Positions 29,276 through 32,693 of a stretch of DNA of 32,693 bases are shown one piece after another. The notes under the pieces were generated by a model. The model ran no database searches. It was not told the DNA's origin and saw nothing but the letters and a program-made list of their open reading frames with translations. A program made the translations under genes and the position numbers. This DNA comes from Pelomyxa schiedti. Taxonomy: Eukaryota > Protista > Evosea. The DNA is taken from positions 1-32,693 of the forward strand of contig JAHLWZ010000990.1 of NCBI GenBank assembly GCA_020536535.1, written 5' to 3'. Numbering within the stretch: position 1 is the first letter of the stretch; the number at the start of each line of letters is the position of its first letter.

Positions 29276-32200
29276 ATGTCACAAGAGGTTCTATTCAATT
29301 GAGTCTCGTGTTTTGACAGTGCTTTTTTTCACTTTTGACCGGGGAACAGCTGCCACGATTGACAGGATTTTTGAGAGGCAACTCTGCTGGTTTCTGTAAC
29401 GTGAACCAAGAGACTGTGAGAAGAGCAACTGTGTTGCATTTACGCGCCAAAAGGAAGTGTGTGGTCATCATTTTGATAAAAGAACTGTGAGTGACTGGAG
29501 TTTTAGAAAAGTCTTTCATGCAGAAAAGCAAAGTGCACCAGAGAATGTTGACCGTCTTGACTGGAATTTCTTTTCCTCTGTAATGACAAGTTGTTACAAT
29601 GCCAAATCTTCAAGTTGGAATTAACAAAAAAACAAAAAATAAAGGAGAGGATGAGCACAAGCTAAGAGAAAAGCAGAAATTATTCAATCAATTCATGCGG
29701 AATCTATGTACTCTAATTGGGGAAGTAGACTCTGATGAACTCCATTCTGCAGCCTATCTTGCTTATTCTATCATTTGTAACTTTAATGACGACGATACAG
29801 CTCTGAGGTCATTCATCTTAACTCTTGTCTGTTGTTAAATGTATGTTGTGAATCACAGGAAGGCATTAGCCCGCCAGTTTGGCCCTGTCCCAGATGGGCT
29901 GTTCAAGTCACTTGTTGAGGCCGTCAGGGACTTATCTCGTTGGCGGGCACTTGCCACATTATCCACACAGAGAGCTGGCACAGCCATGCCCCAAGGTCTT
30001 GCGGAGACAATGGAGTATGGGGCTGATATTTGCCTTGAAAATGTTGACGATTCTCGTGCCCTGTTTTGGGTCGAGCACCATGGAAGAAAAAAAGCAGCCT
30101 TTGTTGGAGCCAGAGAGGCAGCAGCACCCACACAACCTCCCCCTAACACTGCACCTGTTTCAGTTCCAAATCAAAAAAGTGCCCCAAATGCACCCGACTC
30201 TTCTCCCATGGCAGAGACTAAGAGTACTGCAGCTCAAACTAAGCTGCCAAGTCAACCACCACCAAAATCTGCCCCAGCACCAAACAAGTTTGTAGTGAAG
30301 TATGCATTTTATATTTTGTGATGTTTCTAGACCAAAAGAAGATGCCATTCAAAAATCTATTCAGGCAGTAGACGACCAGTGGTTACCAACACAATGCCAA
30401 AAGTAATTCTTTCACATTAAACAGTTGTCTAAGAAACCATCAGATTTATTACTACTGCTAAAAACACCACATTCACTGCCCAGGAGCTTGCAGCCACTAT
30501 TTCTGCATCTCTGAGTAGCAACAAATCTGGTTTTTTACCCTTTAAAAAAATGTGTAATATTTTTTACTCTCCATAGATCAAATCCTCCAGTCAGAGCTTT
30601 TTGACTTACTAGGTGACAGCAGTTTTGAGTTCATCCAACTTCTACTTCAAAAAAGGATTGGAATATTAAAGTCTCTGCGCTCACAGGTGGGCAGTATGAA
30701 CACTCATTCTCCTAGCCAACTCTTCCTCAGATCAAAAAGTCCTACCAACCTTCTTCCACCTCTTCAACACCACACGCTCTACCATCAGTTACCATCACTT
30801 ATGAGGAAAACAAAACTGTTGTCAAGAAGCTCAAGGAAGAGGAAAGAAAATTACAAAAAGCGAGTAGGTTCTTATTCCTCTCCATCTTTTTATAACTTTC
30901 TGTTAGTTGAAGCTCAAACTCGCTCTTCTGAGAGCAAGAATCCAAAACCTAAATCTTCAACCAAGAAGAATGGTCCAGTTTCGGAATGGGTTCCAGAGAG
31001 TGAGATAAGAGCAGTTGTACCACCACCTCAAGTTAAATTTCAGTAGTGAATTCACTGTCTTTGTTTTTTCCCCTCATCATTCTCAGGACTGCAGAACAGT
31101 TACTCCCAGAAGGTACGTTAGTTCCACGTGTGGATCAGCGGCGGATGGTTCTTCCAACTGGCACTGTTCGGAACAACTTTAAGGTATCTACCCACGTTTC
31201 TGTGAGCACTTGGCAATACTCTGAACACTTGATAGACTTATGAGGAGGTGATTGTTCCAGCAGTTGCACCTACTCACAAAAAAGATCCGTTGGTGCCAGT
31301 ATCCACAATGGACGATTGGGCACAACTTGCGTTTGAGGTACTGTTTTTTTTCCCACCCCAATCTGATATATTTCTTAGGGATATACACACCTGAATGTAA
31401 TACAATCCAAAGTTTTTAATGCTGCCTATAGCACCAATGAAAACCTACTTGTTTGTGCACCAACAGGTACCCTCTGACAATGACACAATTCGTATCTTAG
31501 CGACACAGGTGCTGGTAAAACCAATATTGCACTTTTATGCATTCTTCATGAAATTGGTCAGCATATATATGGAGGAATGCTAAGCAAAGATGAATTTAAG
31601 ATAGTTTATGTGGCACCAATGAAAGCACTTGCACAAGAGATTACCTCCAACTTTGAGAAAAGGCTTAGCCCCCTTGGCATATCCTCTAGGTACGAACTGA
31701 AATGAGGAAAGAAAAATGTTAAAAATCGAAAGGGAGTTGACAGGCGATATGCAACTCTCAAAAAAAGAGATCGGGGATACACAAGTTATTGTAACAACCC
31801 CAGAAAAATGGGATGTTGTGACGAGGAAGAGCACAGATTCTGCCTTGGCCCAGGTAATGTGCTTCCTCTTTATTTAGAGACTAAGTGGTCATAGTCTGTT
31901 CGACTCCTGATTATTGATGAGGTCCATTTACTGCATGAAGACAGAGGACCTGTTTTGGAAATTCTTGTAGCCCGTACTCTAAGACAAGTATTTTCTTCTT
32001 TCTTCATTACTGTTAGGCCCACCGGAATAAGGTTGAGAGCACCCAAAGCATGGTGCGGATTGTTGGTTTGTCTGCAACTCTGCCGAACTACCAAGATATT
32101 GCACAGTTCTTGAGGTTTAACTTGAAATTAATTACATTATTTAATTAAATTATAGGGTGAATGAAAAAGGGCTTTTCCACTTTGATTCTAGTTACAGGCC

Positions 32201-32693
32201 AGTGCCACTTTCTTCCCAATTTATTGGCATTAAAGAACGCCATCCTCTCCGGCAAAAAGCAGAGATGAACCAAGTCTGCTTTCAAAAAGTAGGCGAAAAA
32301 TCCTATTCCAAAAAACTAAATCGGCTCTTTGTTTTAAGGTGAAAGAATCCATTGCAAGGGAGAATCAAGTTATGGTATTTGTTCACTCCAGAAGAGATAC
32401 AGTGAAAACAGCAGAGAATTTATTAGAGATTGCCCGGAGTCGAGCTTGTGAAGGTTTCCCAGTCTTTCTCTTCTGGTACTAATAACTTGTGCAGAGCTAT
32501 TCCATGTCCCAGAGGACAAAAAAATGACAGCCGCCCTAAAAGAGGTGGCCAAGTCTCGGAATAAGGAGCTTCGAGACTTATTTGTCAGAGGGTTCGCCAT
32601 TCATCATGCTGGTATGCTGCGGTCTGATAGGTTACTGGTGGAGAAACTCTTTGGTCAGGGTCTATGCAAGGTTTTACTTCGAAGCCTGCATTG
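29276..32693 (+). CDS. ASCC3: ASCC3/Slh1-like Ski2-family DExH helicase, 3' truncated by the window end
   Basis: [100 protein letters not shown] and [10 protein letters not shown]. The QVESTQSM and QVMVFVH variants favour ASCC3 over Brr2. The exact 5' exons are less certain. Confidence 0.9.

Overview
Gene-dense eukaryotic scaffold segment with many short (about 35-60 nt) GT-AG introns and two 100-N assembly gaps. An amoebozoan or protist origin is an inference from intron style, gene content and DUSE-like promoter motifs. In order it contains: a 43-bp tandem repeat; a strongly CpG-depleted, decayed coding or mobile-like region; a GT8 glycosyltransferase; a FEX/CrcB fluoride exporter; an MPPED-type metallophosphoesterase; a START-domain protein; TRAPPC11; clathrin light chain; a TBL1-family LisH/WD40 protein; a zinc-finger-ARF fusion; a prokaryote-like cupin; a large protein with a divergent Cys/Met-metabolism PLP fold; a large degenerate ankyrin-like protein; a myristoylated EF-hand protein; and the 5' part of an ASCC3-like helicase. 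The most unusual signal is a tandem cluster of three ~115-nt minus-strand elements at 23.7-24.4 kb. Each has an invariant scaffold, a variable hairpin that keeps its base pairing, an upstream DUSE-like motif, a branch-point/3'-splice-site-like tail and a T7-9 run. I cannot assign this candidate structured small-RNA family to any known class. Exon boundaries were inferred by eye and are approximate.
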